A stretch of 64,000 nt of DNA from a candidate division FCPU426 bacterium (GTDB taxonomy: Bacteria > Oederibacteriota > Muellerivitia > Muellerivitales > Muellerivitaceae). Position 1 is the first letter of the stretch. Every line of letters starts with the position of its first letter. The notes under the pieces are model-generated. The model searched no databases. It was not told the origin of the DNA and was given only the letters and a program-made list of their open reading frames with translations. The DNA lies in the NCBI GenBank assembly GCA_963738405.1, contig CAVTWJ010000002.1:64001-128000 (forward strand), in the 5' to 3' direction. Of this stretch, positions 28,661 to 39,738 are shown in pieces. Both the position numbers and the translations under genes were made by a program.

Positions 28661-31000
28661 TTAGAACCGGACTTCATAGCTCACCTCGCCGAATTGGTTG
28701 TTCAGCGTGCCCTGCATTTGCCCTGAAGGAAGCATGTTCCCGAAAGACCAGCCGTAATCCAAATAGAGGCTGGAATTGCGGTTGACGTTAAAGGTTGTGG
28801 ACCAACGCAGGCTCTGGACGGTTCCATTGACCGTAAAAGACGAGTACTGATTTAAATCGGAGCCGTCATAGAGGTAGCTGTACCTGGCGTAAAGCGACCC
28901 GCCGTATCCATATTCGGTACCATTCGCCTGCCTTTGGCTATAAGCCACGGACATTTCCCACACGGGAAGGATTTCGACCCTAACTCCCCCGATAGCCCAA
29001 AGGCTGGTCAAGGTCCCCAGGGAACTGTTGGTTTGTTCGTACCGGAAATTGGTTCCTATTTCCAATGCCCTATCCCACCCTAGTGAAGGCCCAAGGTTGA
29101 AGCGGGGCCCGATATTGATGTAAGTGAAATTACGTGTCGGCGCCGCCCCGGAAGCGACCTGAACCGGCTGAAGTGTGGTGCTGTTGGGGGGCAAGGCCAT
29201 TTCTCCGGTAATCTCCTGGGCTAGATAGGCCGACCCCAATAGCTTCAAAGCCTGTTTTTCGAGAGCCTTGATATCAAACTCAAGGCCGAAACCCCTTCGG
29301 TTGGGGGTCGCCAAGCCATAGGGAAAGGTATTGTCCTGTGTTCGGTCGTAGAAACTATAAATTTGCCCAGCCCTCGGAACATTGGTCAGGAAATCCTGGT
29401 CCCGAAGCGGCGCTTGCCATTGTTCTTCTGAAGGGACATATTTCGCCATGCTGGAAACATCGGTGACGGCGTCCTGCCGGGTCTGGGCTAAGGGGTTGTA
29501 ATAGTAGGGGTCCACATTCAGGTAGACGAGGGAAACACTGGAATCCCCGGCCAGGAAGTATGGCCCGCCCGTTAGGGCATAATCCGTCGTGACACGTTCT
29601 GGGTTTAATTTGTCGTCTTGGTAGCTGGAATAGGCGTATTCCACGCCAATACCGGCGTAAACATCCCCGCCGAAACCCATTTTGAAATCGGGTTTGACGC
29701 TTCCAATTAGGTATTGGTGGGCCCAGGTGTTCGGATTCGTGGGGCTATAAGCGGACCCTGGGGTGTCGGAATTAAGAGGCTCATCCAGAACTAGACCATA
29801 GGTATCCAACTGGGCCTGGAAAGAAAGATTATCCGAGTACCACTTTTTGGATCTTAAGGAAGCCGTACCCGCCGCCAGCCAGTCCGTGAATTGGTCGGGG
29901 CCAAAATACCATCCGCCAAAATTACCCGTGTCATCGAACCCGTTGCGGATCATGTGGATGAAGGCGGACACCTTCAACAGGTCCAGCGCATCCGAATCGG
30001 GCCAAAGGACCTTGGTGCCTATCTTTAACCCCCTGAAAGGCCAATTGGGCTCATCATCAAAATAGCTCTCATACTTCAAATTCTCATCCTGGCGGGCCCA
30101 CATTTCGGGGGCATATTTCAAATCCAACGTATTACGGTTCCAGAGGGTCAAGGGCGTGTAGGATTGCTCAAAATCTCCCAAGGTGGCCGAAAACCAGGGT
30201 GGATTGAAGTTCAAAGCCAGTTTCTGCAGCTCCAGCAGGAAGTTGCTGCTGGCCGACACGCTGTCCGGAGAATCTAAAACAAAAGACCCGTTTTGGGAGG
30301 CATGGGATGGTGCATTGAAGGGATTTCCCGAGAAATTCGTCTCAATCCGGAAAATGCTGTCGAAACTGATTTCTTTGGTGACGATCGCCGTAGGCGCCAG
30401 ATCCAAAAAGCCGAAGGACATGCGGTATCCAGGATTGGGGAAATAGGCGTTGGTGTAGACCCCGGAATATTGCTGGGTAAACCCAAAGGCCCTTCCCAAA
30501 CCGTGGATGGCGATGGTGGGATATTGGTCGATTCCCTTCACCCTCTTACGCAGGGCAAATTCCTGGTTTTCCAGGTCCTGCACCGAAGAGCTCAAGGTTT
30601 GGATGCTCTCATTTAATTTGCTCAGTTCGTAGCGGTAGGTTTCCTCAAGGTTATGCAAAACCACACCCGCTTTATAAATTACTGTCGGGGCCCTTTGGGC
30701 ATAGGGTGTGCCGCCTTGCCCAACCGCTGTTCCAGTCTGGGCATCGGCCACCACGATTCCATCGTACTTGGACTGGGCCTTCAGGATGTCTTGCGCCACA
30801 TCGAAGCGAGTCAAGGGAGCCCGCACATCCATGGGCGAAAGTAGCCCCGCATCAGCCAATTGCTGAAGCTGGGCATAAACCGGATCATTCCCTGGAACTG
30901 CCGAAAAGATGGAGTTTGATGAATCGGCGGCCCGCAAGGGACTGCCTAGAAAAAGGACTGCCAAGAGCAGCAGGCTGTAGGTTTTAGAAGCTGACTTCAT
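28661..31000 (-). CDS. Predicted outer-membrane beta-barrel protein with SLH-like N-terminus and coiled coil (paralog C)
   Basis: Signal peptide; VPGNDPVYAQLQQLADAGLL..PLTRFDVA SLH-like motif; heptad region; amphipathic strands; C-terminus VSYEVRF. Confidence 0.75.
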   Translation of the reverse strand: MKSASKTYSLLLLAVLFLGSPLRAADSSNSIFSAVPGNDPVYAQLQQLADAGLLSPMDVRAPLTRFDVAQDILKAQSKYDGIVVADAQTGTAVGQGGTPYAQRAPTVIYKAGVVLHNLEETYRYELSKLNESIQTLSSSVQDLENQEFALRKRVKGIDQYPTIAIHGLGRAFGFTQQYSGVYTNAYFPNPGYRMSFGFLDLAPTAIVTKEISFDSIFRIETNFSGNPFNAPSHASQNGSFVLDSPDSVSASSNFLLELQKLALNFNPPWFSATLGDFEQSYTPLTLWNRNTLDLKYAPEMWARQDENLKYESYFDDEPNWPFRGLKIGTKVLWPDSDALDLLKVSAFIHMIRNGFDDTGNFGGWYFGPDQFTDWLAAGTASLRSKKWYSDNLSFQAQLDTYGLVLDEPLNSDTPGSAYSPTNPNTWAHQYLIGSVKPDFKMGFGGDVYAGIGVEYAYSSYQDDKLNPERVTTDYALTGGPYFLAGDSSVSLVYLNVDPYYYNPLAQTRQDAVTDVSSMAKYVPSEEQWQAPLRDQDFLTNVPRAGQIYSFYDRTQDNTFPYGLATPNRRGFGLEFDIKALEKQALKLLGSAYLAQEITGEMALPPNSTTLQPVQVASGAAPTRNFTYINIGPRFNLGPSLGWDRALEIGTNFRYEQTNSSLGTLTSLWAIGGVRVEILPVWEMSVAYSQRQANGTEYGYGGSLYARYSYLYDGSDLNQYSSFTVNGTVQSLRWSTTFNVNRNSSLYLDYGWSFGNMLPSGQMQGTLNNQFGEVSYEVRF

Positions 31001-33191
31001 AGGTCAACCTCCAAATCTGTTCCCGCCGGTCAAACCCTGGAACGTCCTTCCATGTGTACTGGTTGTAGAACCAATCACCGTGAATCTCGAAGGTAGGGCT
31101 TATGGGGCAGCGGAACCCGAAGGCGTAGGAAGTACGGGTGATGCTTAAAGCTTGGTAGAGATAATTTCCCAGCATTGAATTATCAACCACCGGCGAGTAA
31201 CTCGCGAAGGTTGGCAGGCCCGCCGAATTGTTATAAAGGGAGATGATATTGCCAAGGGTATATTCCTTCCCGCTCGACTGGGCCAGTTCAAAAGCCCCCG
31301 AAAGGGTCAGTCCCTCCAAAACCGGAATTTGCGGGAAAGGCCCCACGTCCGTGCAGACGATGAAGGTGTCGACGCTAAAGGGTGGAGCGCCCAAACCCAA
31401 ATCAGTGGTTTGGTGCTTGTAATCAATCGCCGTATCCAGGGTGGGGGGCATCCCCTCGAAGCCCTTGGCCCAATCCACGGAAATGGCCCCTTCATATCCT
31501 CCAAAGGTACGAATGTTGGTCTGAGCGGCATCACTGTCCACCGGCAGTACGGTCTGGCCCACACCAGTCAGCACATAATCAGGCTGTATTTCGTGCAGGT
31601 TCAATACATAGGAAGCCTGAGGTTTGACCCATCCGCCCTTCCCGATATCCGCAGAAAAGCCCAGCACATAGCCTTCCCGGTTCGGGGTCGCGTCCCCGTA
31701 AGGCAGGGCGTTCTCTTCCATTCGGTCGTAAGGGGCAAAGGCTGGGCGGGTGACGTTTTGGAAAACATAGCCGTTCAGATAACCTCCCAAGGCGTCATCC
31801 AGGTTTTCGTTGCCATTGATGTAGCCGGACCCGGCCGTGCCCGAAATGGGAGAGTAGCGGTTGGTTTGAGCGCCGGGCGAGAAAAAGTTGGGCCCGTTGG
31901 AAAGGTACTTCATGGTCCAATGGGTCCCCTGCACATCCAAAGAGGCGTGACCCAGGAAAGCCCAGTCGTTGTAGACGCTTCCTGAATTATTGGCGTCATC
32001 CTGGTACCGGCTTCCGGCATATTCAACTGAACCCAATAGGCTGACTCCCTTTTGAATCGGCAGGGTTCCCTCAGCGCTAAGGCTTCCTACTTGGTACATC
32101 CGGGCATAAGTCGAGGGGTTGCCAGGGACGTAAGCCAGATCAGCGGTGCCCGTATCATTCCAAAGCTGAATTCCCGCGCCCTTGATCGACAGGTTGTCGT
32201 CCAGGAATCCCATGGACCCTTCGGCCCCCGCATAGTTGTTCCCGAAGGCGAAAAGAGAGGCGGTGTTTAATTCACCCGCCATGGCCTGCAAATGGAAGGA
32301 ACTTATAACTTGGTTATCCAACACCATCTGGTCTGAGGAAGCCTGGAGACCCCGCATGTGCCAATCGGGTCCATGATCCATATAAACCAATTCCTCCACA
32401 TCCTTGCGGGCACGGTAATAGGAAGTCGGTTCGATGAAGGTATAGACCGGAATTTCGGAATTCCAAAGGGTCAGGGGGGTGTAATGACGGTAGAAATCGC
32501 CGGCGGTCAGATTGGCGATGTCGTTGACGTTGTTCAAGGATAGCCAGCGGATGTTGTAATCGGGGCTGATGGGTTCCCCATAGATGAAGCCAATGGTTCG
32601 GTAAAGGCGCAGGTCCGCGTCAAAAAGCACAAAGGGCACCGGAACGCTTCTTAACTTCACATCCGCGAACATCACGTCGTTGTAGTCCATCGGGTTATAG
32701 ATGGCGTTCGCCCCGAAACCCCGGAAGTTATTGAAGTAGCCTCGGGAGTAGCCCGAAAGCTGTGTTCCCGTCTTGCTCAAATCATCGGCTTGGAGACTGG
32801 AGAATCTTTCGTTCATGTTTTCCACGTTAGAAAGCCGGTCCTCAATTTGGGAAACTTCAACATCCATAATCGAAAGTTCCACATCGAACTCATCCAACAG
32901 TTCGTTGAGACTTCGCCCGGCCGCGGATTGACCGGGAGTGGCGGATGGCGGCAAGTCATTGACCTTCTTCGCGGCTTGGGCCGTCAACTGGGCTACTTCC
33001 AAGTTGTCCAGTTCACTGATCGGCTTTTCCGGTTGCGCGATCCATCCCGCCTGAACCAAATCCTCAAGGCTCTTGTCAATCCAACCGTCCCTTTGGACGG
33101 ACGTAAGGGTGCCATGTTCGGCCAAGGCGGGTAAAACCCAGCCCATGCCGAGGAGGCAGGCGAAAATTAAGATTAAACTTAACTTCTTCAT
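30984..33191 (-). CDS. Predicted outer-membrane beta-barrel protein with degenerate SLH-like N-terminus and coiled coil (paralog B)
   Basis: Signal MKKLSLILIF (ORF track extends to 33227); shares GDFxxxYTPLTLWN and PYGxATPNRxG with paralog C; C-terminus LTYEVSF. Confidence 0.75.
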   Translation of the reverse strand: MKKLSLILIFACLLGMGWVLPALAEHGTLTSVQRDGWIDKSLEDLVQAGWIAQPEKPISELDNLEVAQLTAQAAKKVNDLPPSATPGQSAAGRSLNELLDEFDVELSIMDVEVSQIEDRLSNVENMNERFSSLQADDLSKTGTQLSGYSRGYFNNFRGFGANAIYNPMDYNDVMFADVKLRSVPVPFVLFDADLRLYRTIGFIYGEPISPDYNIRWLSLNNVNDIANLTAGDFYRHYTPLTLWNSEIPVYTFIEPTSYYRARKDVEELVYMDHGPDWHMRGLQASSDQMVLDNQVISSFHLQAMAGELNTASLFAFGNNYAGAEGSMGFLDDNLSIKGAGIQLWNDTGTADLAYVPGNPSTYARMYQVGSLSAEGTLPIQKGVSLLGSVEYAGSRYQDDANNSGSVYNDWAFLGHASLDVQGTHWTMKYLSNGPNFFSPGAQTNRYSPISGTAGSGYINGNENLDDALGGYLNGYVFQNVTRPAFAPYDRMEENALPYGDATPNREGYVLGFSADIGKGGWVKPQASYVLNLHEIQPDYVLTGVGQTVLPVDSDAAQTNIRTFGGYEGAISVDWAKGFEGMPPTLDTAIDYKHQTTDLGLGAPPFSVDTFIVCTDVGPFPQIPVLEGLTLSGAFELAQSSGKEYTLGNIISLYNNSAGLPTFASYSPVVDNSMLGNYLYQALSITRTSYAFGFRCPISPTFEIHGDWFYNQYTWKDVPGFDRREQIWRLTYEVSF

Positions 33192-33232
33192 TTCTCTTTC
33201 AATTCCTTTTCCACTTTCAAGTTTCATCCCTT

Positions 33233-35926
33233 TTAAAACTGCATCAGGAAGTAGGTATAAACCTGATCCGCCTGGTAATTATTGGCGGGCAGGTCGGCAT
33301 CCTGAAACGTCAGGTGCTTATAGCGGAATTCCAGTTTGGAACCGCCCCAGGGCATGTCGTAAGCCAACCCCGCCCCAATGGAATCGGTTCGGTAATCCAC
33401 CAGGGGCCAGGAGTAATGGGAGGTCCAAAGTTCCACACCGTAATCGGCCATAAGATTCACAAAGGGAAGGACTTGGTACATGAGGGAGCCGTCATAAACC
33501 GACTGGTCAAACAGGTTTGGAATTTGACCCAGCGTCTGACCCGGGCGGTTGGGGTCCGGCATGCTTGAAAAGAATGGATTGGTGGAGACGCCTGAGACCT
33601 GGTGGTCGGTAAAGAAAAAGTCCCCATAAAAGGGCCGGTCGCTTCCCAACATCTTGTTGAACTGGAATTTGGTAGTCAGGGTGATGTAATTGAAAGTTTT
33701 CAGGTGATCCAATGCGTAATAAACATTGTGCCCGCCGTTGGTTTGGATCACCCCAGGAGAGGAATAGACCGGCATGATGAAGGGCACCCGTTGGGTATTC
33801 CCGGCCGCGACAAAAATATCCTCGTTGGCGGTGGCGCTCCCCACGTTGCGGGCGTTCTCGATATTGCCGACATAGGCCTTCCCCACCGGGTTGACCCCGC
33901 TGTAACCGCCCCAGGCGGAGCCCCAAAGGCCCAGGTCCTCCGGGTAATAAGCCGTAATTAAATCGTAGGCTTCCACTACGTTCAGCCCCACTTCATCCGG
34001 CATGACGCGGTATTCGGTCTTTTGCGCCACGTCCATATTCACCACGATGTCATCCAGGAAATCGGGCCAATTTTTCATCCAGTCTTCCTGGCGGCCCTTC
34101 CATCCCAAGTTGGCCCGCCAGCCATAGCGGTCGCTGATCAAATCATCCGCCATGCCGACAAAGCCGTACAGGTTGTCCGTATATGGAGCCGCCGCGGGAG
34201 CTTGATAGCCATATTGGGCGCTGTTATAACCCGCCAATAGAACCTTACTTTGGGTGTTGATGAAGGTGTCGCTGATGGCGGTGTAATAGAGGGTAAAGGG
34301 ATAGACATTAAGGGAAGCTTGCCCAGCGGGAGCTTCCAAAGCCGACGGGTTGAGGGTTCCATTTATCAGGGAGGTACCCCCGGCCGCCAAACTCGCAGGT
34401 CCGCCGTTAGGCGTCAATAGGCCCGTGTTGAAACGCGAGAACCCTCCCTCGATTTCCAAAAAGGCCGGTTTCAAGTCGATTCCAAAATCAGCCGCGAAGG
34501 TTTTTTGATCCATGGCCGGCGTCATGGTGACCGGCGAATAGGGCACCGAGCCGTAGTTCTCGTTCACCCATTCAGTGGAAAAAGAAGCTTGGAGATGGCC
34601 GTCCAAGAAGGGCTGGGTGTACTTAAAGGCTTCTTCCCATTTCTGGGACGCCGTCCGGTCTACCCGGCCCACCAAAAAGGTGGTCTTTGCGTCTTTGCTG
34701 ACTAGGGGAAGCTGGGTCCCGATCATATACATTCCAGAAAAGACCTTTTGGGAATTGTTCGAGTTGATCCAGGAGGCGTAACTGGGGACATAGGCGAGAT
34801 TGGTGATGTAATCGTCCCAATTCTTCTGGTTCTTGTCCCCGGAATACTTTTTGATATCGAAGGGGTCCTCGTAGCGCTGGCTCCCGGTCGAGCCCCCCCG
34901 GGTGAAGTCGCCCAAGTCCGTGTCGCTGGAGTAATATTCCACCGCCACCGTGCTGTTCCATTTTCCCAGCATCCCGTCAAGTTCATAGTTCAAGGAAGGA
35001 CTACTGAGGTAGATAGTCGAGGGCCCTGCAGAGGCGTTGGAGTCGTATAGGGTGCCGCTGATCCCCAGGTTGATACTTCCCTTCCCCCCCAGGTCCCCCG
35101 AAACCCCCAAGTTCATTTCATTTTTGAATTTCATGGCATCAATGGTCGCGAGAGCCCCTGAAACATCGAGATCTTCGTACCGGACGTCGGATTCGTAGGT
35201 GAGATGGAGCGCCCCGCCGGACCGGTTGGATTTGCGGAAGGCATCCTCCACTTCATCCTGAACAGCGTTTAAATGATCTAGTTCCACCTCTTGCTCCTTG
35301 ACGCGGTTATCATCCAGGCTCAAGCGGGTCTTGAGAACTTGGGTCTCCAAGCGGAATTCCTTGCGAAGGGCCGTGATTTCCTTCTTCATGGCCTGGGAAA
35401 GGGTTGAGGCGATATAGGGTCCGCTATAGATGGAAACGGATGATTGGGAAACCCCGGCGGCCGAGGATGATTCCTTCATGACCGGAACGGGAGCATCCGG
35501 AGCGATGGACAAATCGGACGGGCCGCCTTCATAGACAGGGGCTTGAGCTTGCGGAACAGGTGCAGGCGCTGAGGGCATCACCACAGCGGATGACGGAGAG
35601 GATACTGCTGGGGCCGCAGTCGCGGGCACCGGAACTGCGGGGGCGGATGGTGAAACGGCGGGCGCTGGGGCTTCCCCATCCAACTTGGTTTCGGCCTTCT
35701 CGGTATAGAGGGCCAGTTCCAAACGGGTCACGACTAGGCCTTGATCCAGCACAGCCTTGTCCTGAGGGTCTAACAACCCGGCATCCCCCAGCTTCTTAAC
35801 CCTTTGGTAAAGGTCGCTGTCGGCGGTGACGTTTTCCATAGGGTAAGCCCCGAGGCCCTTGAGGCCCCCGAGAAAAAACAAACCCAGGAAAATTATTTTT
35901 ACAAAGGTTTTCATTATTTCTTTCAA
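33233..35926 (-). CDS. Predicted outer-membrane beta-barrel protein with SLH-like N-terminus, Ala/Pro/Ser linker and coiled coil (protein A)
   Basis: Signal peptide; VTADSDLYQRVKKLGDAGLL...VTRLELA; A/P/S-rich linker; coiled coil; C-terminus YTYFLMQF. Confidence 0.75.
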   Translation of the reverse strand: MKEIMKTFVKIIFLGLFFLGGLKGLGAYPMENVTADSDLYQRVKKLGDAGLLDPQDKAVLDQGLVVTRLELALYTEKAETKLDGEAPAPAVSPSAPAVPVPATAAPAVSSPSSAVVMPSAPAPVPQAQAPVYEGGPSDLSIAPDAPVPVMKESSSAAGVSQSSVSIYSGPYIASTLSQAMKKEITALRKEFRLETQVLKTRLSLDDNRVKEQEVELDHLNAVQDEVEDAFRKSNRSGGALHLTYESDVRYEDLDVSGALATIDAMKFKNEMNLGVSGDLGGKGSINLGISGTLYDSNASAGPSTIYLSSPSLNYELDGMLGKWNSTVAVEYYSSDTDLGDFTRGGSTGSQRYEDPFDIKKYSGDKNQKNWDDYITNLAYVPSYASWINSNNSQKVFSGMYMIGTQLPLVSKDAKTTFLVGRVDRTASQKWEEAFKYTQPFLDGHLQASFSTEWVNENYGSVPYSPVTMTPAMDQKTFAADFGIDLKPAFLEIEGGFSRFNTGLLTPNGGPASLAAGGTSLINGTLNPSALEAPAGQASLNVYPFTLYYTAISDTFINTQSKVLLAGYNSAQYGYQAPAAAPYTDNLYGFVGMADDLISDRYGWRANLGWKGRQEDWMKNWPDFLDDIVVNMDVAQKTEYRVMPDEVGLNVVEAYDLITAYYPEDLGLWGSAWGGYSGVNPVGKAYVGNIENARNVGSATANEDIFVAAGNTQRVPFIMPVYSSPGVIQTNGGHNVYYALDHLKTFNYITLTTKFQFNKMLGSDRPFYGDFFFTDHQVSGVSTNPFFSSMPDPNRPGQTLGQIPNLFDQSVYDGSLMYQVLPFVNLMADYGVELWTSHYSWPLVDYRTDSIGAGLAYDMPWGGSKLEFRYKHLTFQDADLPANNYQADQVYTYFLMQF

Positions 35927-35958
35927 TGTTCCCTTAAAGCCTAAGACATCCCAACGGA

Positions 35959-36726
35959 TCAGTAGAACTCCACCTCATCCACCCAGTAATCAATTTTGCA
36001 ATTCCCCTGGCTGTTGCCGTTGGCGTCCACCCATTCCACATCCAAAATCTCCTTCAAGTGGTCAGTGAAATCCGGTGGGGATACCGGCGAACCCCATCCC
36101 GAGCCCCTCTTCAAATTGGTAAAGGGCAGGTCTTTTTTCACCCAATCCAGTGTCTGGACCAGGTCCGCCCCGAAGTGGTTATAGCAACCATCGGAGCATA
36201 TCCCTCCCCCGGAAGAGGGCACGGTGGCGGCAATAGGGATATTGAATCGGTGGCTCGTGGCCTGGTCATCGGCCGGACACTTGTAATAAAAACGGATGCC
36301 ATGAAAGGGGGATGCGTCGTAAAAACCGCTTCGTTTGAACTTGCCCGACAAAACAAAGGAAGGATAACTATTGTCCCCCTTGTTGATGAGGGTTCCCGAA
36401 ACATGGAGGGCCATGGCGGTGCCGTTGGCTCCCCCCGGAACCACCAAAGGCGTATCCACGGTTCCGCTATAGATGTTGACGGTCCAAAGTCCGCCTTTCA
36501 TGCCGTACAACTTGGGATTCATGCGGACCGAGCCGTCCTCGAAATTGCTGATCAAGGCTTGGTCGGGTGGAATCACGATCTTAGGGGCAGAGTTTGCCGG
36601 GTCTTTTAAACCATCCGAGAGGGGTTCAGATTTGGAGCCTTCGTTAATAAGGACCGCCCCGCAACCCGCGAGAAGAAAAACCACAGACAGGCAGAGAAAG
36701 AGGGTGGTTGCTTTTGCCGGGGCCAT
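35959..36726 (-). CDS. Lipoprotein with CBM11/CIA30-like domain
   Basis: Lipobox LAGC; LISNFEDG..., DASPFHGIRFYYK, DWVKKDLPFTNLK, YWVDEVEFY. Confidence 0.75.
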   Translation of the reverse strand: MAPAKATTLFLCLSVVFLLAGCGAVLINEGSKSEPLSDGLKDPANSAPKIVIPPDQALISNFEDGSVRMNPKLYGMKGGLWTVNIYSGTVDTPLVVPGGANGTAMALHVSGTLINKGDNSYPSFVLSGKFKRSGFYDASPFHGIRFYYKCPADDQATSHRFNIPIAATVPSSGGGICSDGCYNHFGADLVQTLDWVKKDLPFTNLKRGSGWGSPVSPPDFTDHLKEILDVEWVDANGNSQGNCKIDYWVDEVEFY

Positions 36727-37043
36727 AATCACCTTTGAGGGGAAATCATATAGAACAACCAATCGGAACGAATGTCCCTTTTTCGGCAAAGCTTACTTTA
36801 CTAAAACCACCTGTCATATAAAACCAATAAAGTTCAAACCCTCGTTGTAAAAGGAAACATTCTTAAACAAATTTAAAAGTTTCCCGTTTCACGGGTCTTT
36901 CCTTTACCCGGTAACTTTCACCGGCCCTTTAAAAATGATCCAAGTCCTGCAAGATTTCTTTTTTCACAAGCCGGTCGAAAATTTCCCAGGCCGGACAATT
37001 AAACCTATAATGATTTTCCCCTAACCCAATTCAGGAGACTTTC

Positions 37044-39686
37044 ATGAACCGTCCGTCCCAAATATTTCTGCTGGCGTTTTTCTCGGGGGCCCTGGTTCTT
37101 TCCCAATCCGCCTGCACGATCCGCCCGATGGTGACGGCGGATAAATCCCAAACCGCCGCTTCCGACGTTATCCAGTTTTATTCCGCCTCCTGGGCCGACT
37201 CTTCCGGCAAGGACGGCAAGGGCGGCGTCAGCGTAGTATGCTCCGGCGACAGCCACGCCTTTTTGATTCGCCCCGACGCCACCAAGGAAAGGATCGACTC
37301 CAAAACCCTTACCGACAATCCCGACTGGGTGGTCTATGACAGCGGCAGTAACTCCGATTCCTGCCTTTCCTACGAATTCACCTGGGTCACAAACGTCAAC
37401 GACAAGTTTTGGGGGAAAAGATGGAGCGGCGGCGGGGTGGCTTTTGATAAAAGCTGGTCCACCAAGAACCTGGAAGACGCCAAATATCTGGTCTTTTACG
37501 CCAAGAGCAATGCCCCGGGGGTCGATTTCAACCTAAGTCTCTCTGGAACGACCGATCAGGTCGCCACGGGCAACGTCAGCGTTAAGGATTTCGCCTTGGG
37601 CCATCAAATCGGGGCGGATTGGACCCAGGTCATCATTCCTATTTCCTCCTTCCCCAACCTTTCCAAGATGGACCTGTCCCAATGCAAGATGATCCGGTTT
37701 GACCTGGCGGGCGATTACCCCGAAAACGCCCTGGTTTATTTTCACATCGACAAGATGTACTTCACCGACAGCCCCATGGTGACGCCCGTGAACAACCTGG
37801 GGTGGCAGCCCCTCCGGGATGGGGTCTTTGTAATTTGGGACAAGTCCCCCGATGAGGCGGTGGATCGTTTCATCCTGACCGTGGACGGCCAGCCTGCTGG
37901 CGAAGTGGATGGAAAACAACGCACCGCCAAGCTTCCCCTTTCCCTCTTCCAAGCCCCCGGCGTCCACAAATTGGGCGTGGTCGCGGCGGACGGCAAAAAC
38001 ACCTCTTCCATCCAAACGGTCACGGTGGATTTGACCCCCCATGCGGTCGCTACAGCAGTCGTAAGCCTGGCTTCCCAGGGGGACCATCCCATTTCGCCCT
38101 ATCTCTTTGGCTTCAACTACATGTCGAAGGACAGTCTTAAAAAAGTCGGCGGGACCCTGAACCGTTGGGGCGGCAACGCCACCACCAACTACAACTGGAA
38201 GGAGGACGCGGACAACAAGGGAGCGGACTGGTATTTCCTCAACGCCGCCCAAGCGGGCCCGGGCGCGCCCGAGAAGGATAAACGCTACTACCAATTCATC
38301 CAGGACGCTTTCGACGCCGGTTCCCAAGCCATCATCACCATACCCACCATCGGGTGGGTGGCCAAGGCGCCGCCGAAAGGCGGGCCGGAACTTTCATCCT
38401 TTCCCACCTCCCTCTATCCCGACCAGGAAGCCAATGACGGCCAAGGCTCCGGAAACGGGGTTCTGACGAATAAAAAAGGGTTGGTTTGGGATAACGACCC
38501 CAACCGTAATTACGTACCTTCGACCCCCGAATTCCAAAAAGAATGGGTGCAGACCATCGTGAAGAATTTCCATTCCGCTTCCCAGGGCGGGGTCAAGTTT
38601 TACCAGATGGACAACGAACCCGGCCTCTGGAACTGGAACCACCGGGATGTGGCCCCCAAGGGAATCAGCTACGACCAGATGGTGGATTTAAACGCGACCT
38701 ATGCCCAGGCGGTCAAATCGGTAGACCCCGACGCCAAGGTCATCGGCATGACGGCCTGGGGGGTGAAGGAACTGGCAGGGTCGGCTTGGGACGACATGCC
38801 CGGGGGCGTGGCCCATTACAAAGGCGACGGCACCGGCGATCGATGGACCGACCGCAAGGCCCACGGGGATATGCCCCAGGTCGCTTACTTTCTCCAGGAA
38901 ATGAACAAGCGCTCCCAAAAGGCGGGTATCCGGCTGATTGACTACCTGGACGACCACGGCTATCCGGAAGTCTGGGGCACGAACGCCCAGGGTCAAAACG
39001 TGAATGTACTGGGAGACTTCGCCTATGATCCGGTCCTTACTCCCAAGCAGTTTGACGCCCTTCGGATCTTTTACGACCCAACCTTCGAGGACCCCTCCAG
39101 CTGGTGCGCCCAGCCAAGCCTCAAACCCTATCTCTTTGATCCCTTCCGCCCCCTGATCCCCAACTTGAAAAAGATGATCGCCCAGTACTATCCAGGCACC
39201 AAGCTCTCCATGACCGAGTACTACCCGGCCAGTTCCCACTACTATCACGGGGGCCTATTGGAGATCGTGACTCTGGGTATCTATATGAGGGAAGGCATGG
39301 ACCTGGCCTGCGACTGGGGTTCTTCTTGGGAAGGCAATTACGTGTACCTGGGCCATAAGTTCTTTAGTAATTACGATGGGAACGGTTCCAGAGTGGGCGG
39401 CGACTACGTCAATTGCACCTCTTCCTCCCCCGATCTCTATTCTTTCGGGGCCAAAAATGGAGCCAAGACATTCGTGATTCTGGTAAACCGCAACCACGAC
39501 CAGAATTTCGAAACCACGGTTAACCTTTCCCAAGCGGCCGCCGACTACGAAATCTTCACCATGTCGGAAAGCCTGGGCTATCGTTTGATGGATTCGGGCG
39601 TCCATCCGGCGCCCGGCGCATCCTTAAAGATTCAGGTTCCGGCCTTCTCGGCCCTCTTGGTCGTGGCTGATACAACAAAGAAGTAA
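37044..39686 (+). CDS. Lipoprotein endo-beta-1,4-glucanase/xyloglucanase, GH44, with N-terminal CBM-like domain
   Basis: ISPYLFGFN, RWGGNATTNYNW, TIPTIGWV, MDNEPGLW (acid/base), YYPGTKLSMTEY (nucleophile); lipobox-like QSAC. Confidence 0.85.
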   Translation: MNRPSQIFLLAFFSGALVLSQSACTIRPMVTADKSQTAASDVIQFYSASWADSSGKDGKGGVSVVCSGDSHAFLIRPDATKERIDSKTLTDNPDWVVYDSGSNSDSCLSYEFTWVTNVNDKFWGKRWSGGGVAFDKSWSTKNLEDAKYLVFYAKSNAPGVDFNLSLSGTTDQVATGNVSVKDFALGHQIGADWTQVIIPISSFPNLSKMDLSQCKMIRFDLAGDYPENALVYFHIDKMYFTDSPMVTPVNNLGWQPLRDGVFVIWDKSPDEAVDRFILTVDGQPAGEVDGKQRTAKLPLSLFQAPGVHKLGVVAADGKNTSSIQTVTVDLTPHAVATAVVSLASQGDHPISPYLFGFNYMSKDSLKKVGGTLNRWGGNATTNYNWKEDADNKGADWYFLNAAQAGPGAPEKDKRYYQFIQDAFDAGSQAIITIPTIGWVAKAPPKGGPELSSFPTSLYPDQEANDGQGSGNGVLTNKKGLVWDNDPNRNYVPSTPEFQKEWVQTIVKNFHSASQGGVKFYQMDNEPGLWNWNHRDVAPKGISYDQMVDLNATYAQAVKSVDPDAKVIGMTAWGVKELAGSAWDDMPGGVAHYKGDGTGDRWTDRKAHGDMPQVAYFLQEMNKRSQKAGIRLIDYLDDHGYPEVWGTNAQGQNVNVLGDFAYDPVLTPKQFDALRIFYDPTFEDPSSWCAQPSLKPYLFDPFRPLIPNLKKMIAQYYPGTKLSMTEYYPASSHYYHGGLLEIVTLGIYMREGMDLACDWGSSWEGNYVYLGHKFFSNYDGNGSRVGGDYVNCTSSSPDLYSFGAKNGAKTFVILVNRNHDQNFETTVNLSQAAADYEIFTMSESLGYRLMDSGVHPAPGASLKIQVPAFSALLVVADTTKK

Positions 39687-39738
39687 TGGTTAGTGCTGAC
39701 TTTATAGATAGAACTGAAGAAAAGCCCTGGAACCCGGG

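Noticed and set aside
28661..35926. SusC/TonB-dependent receptors
   Set aside because: No TonB box or plug-domain motifs recognised; the N-termini are SLH-like plus coiled coil instead
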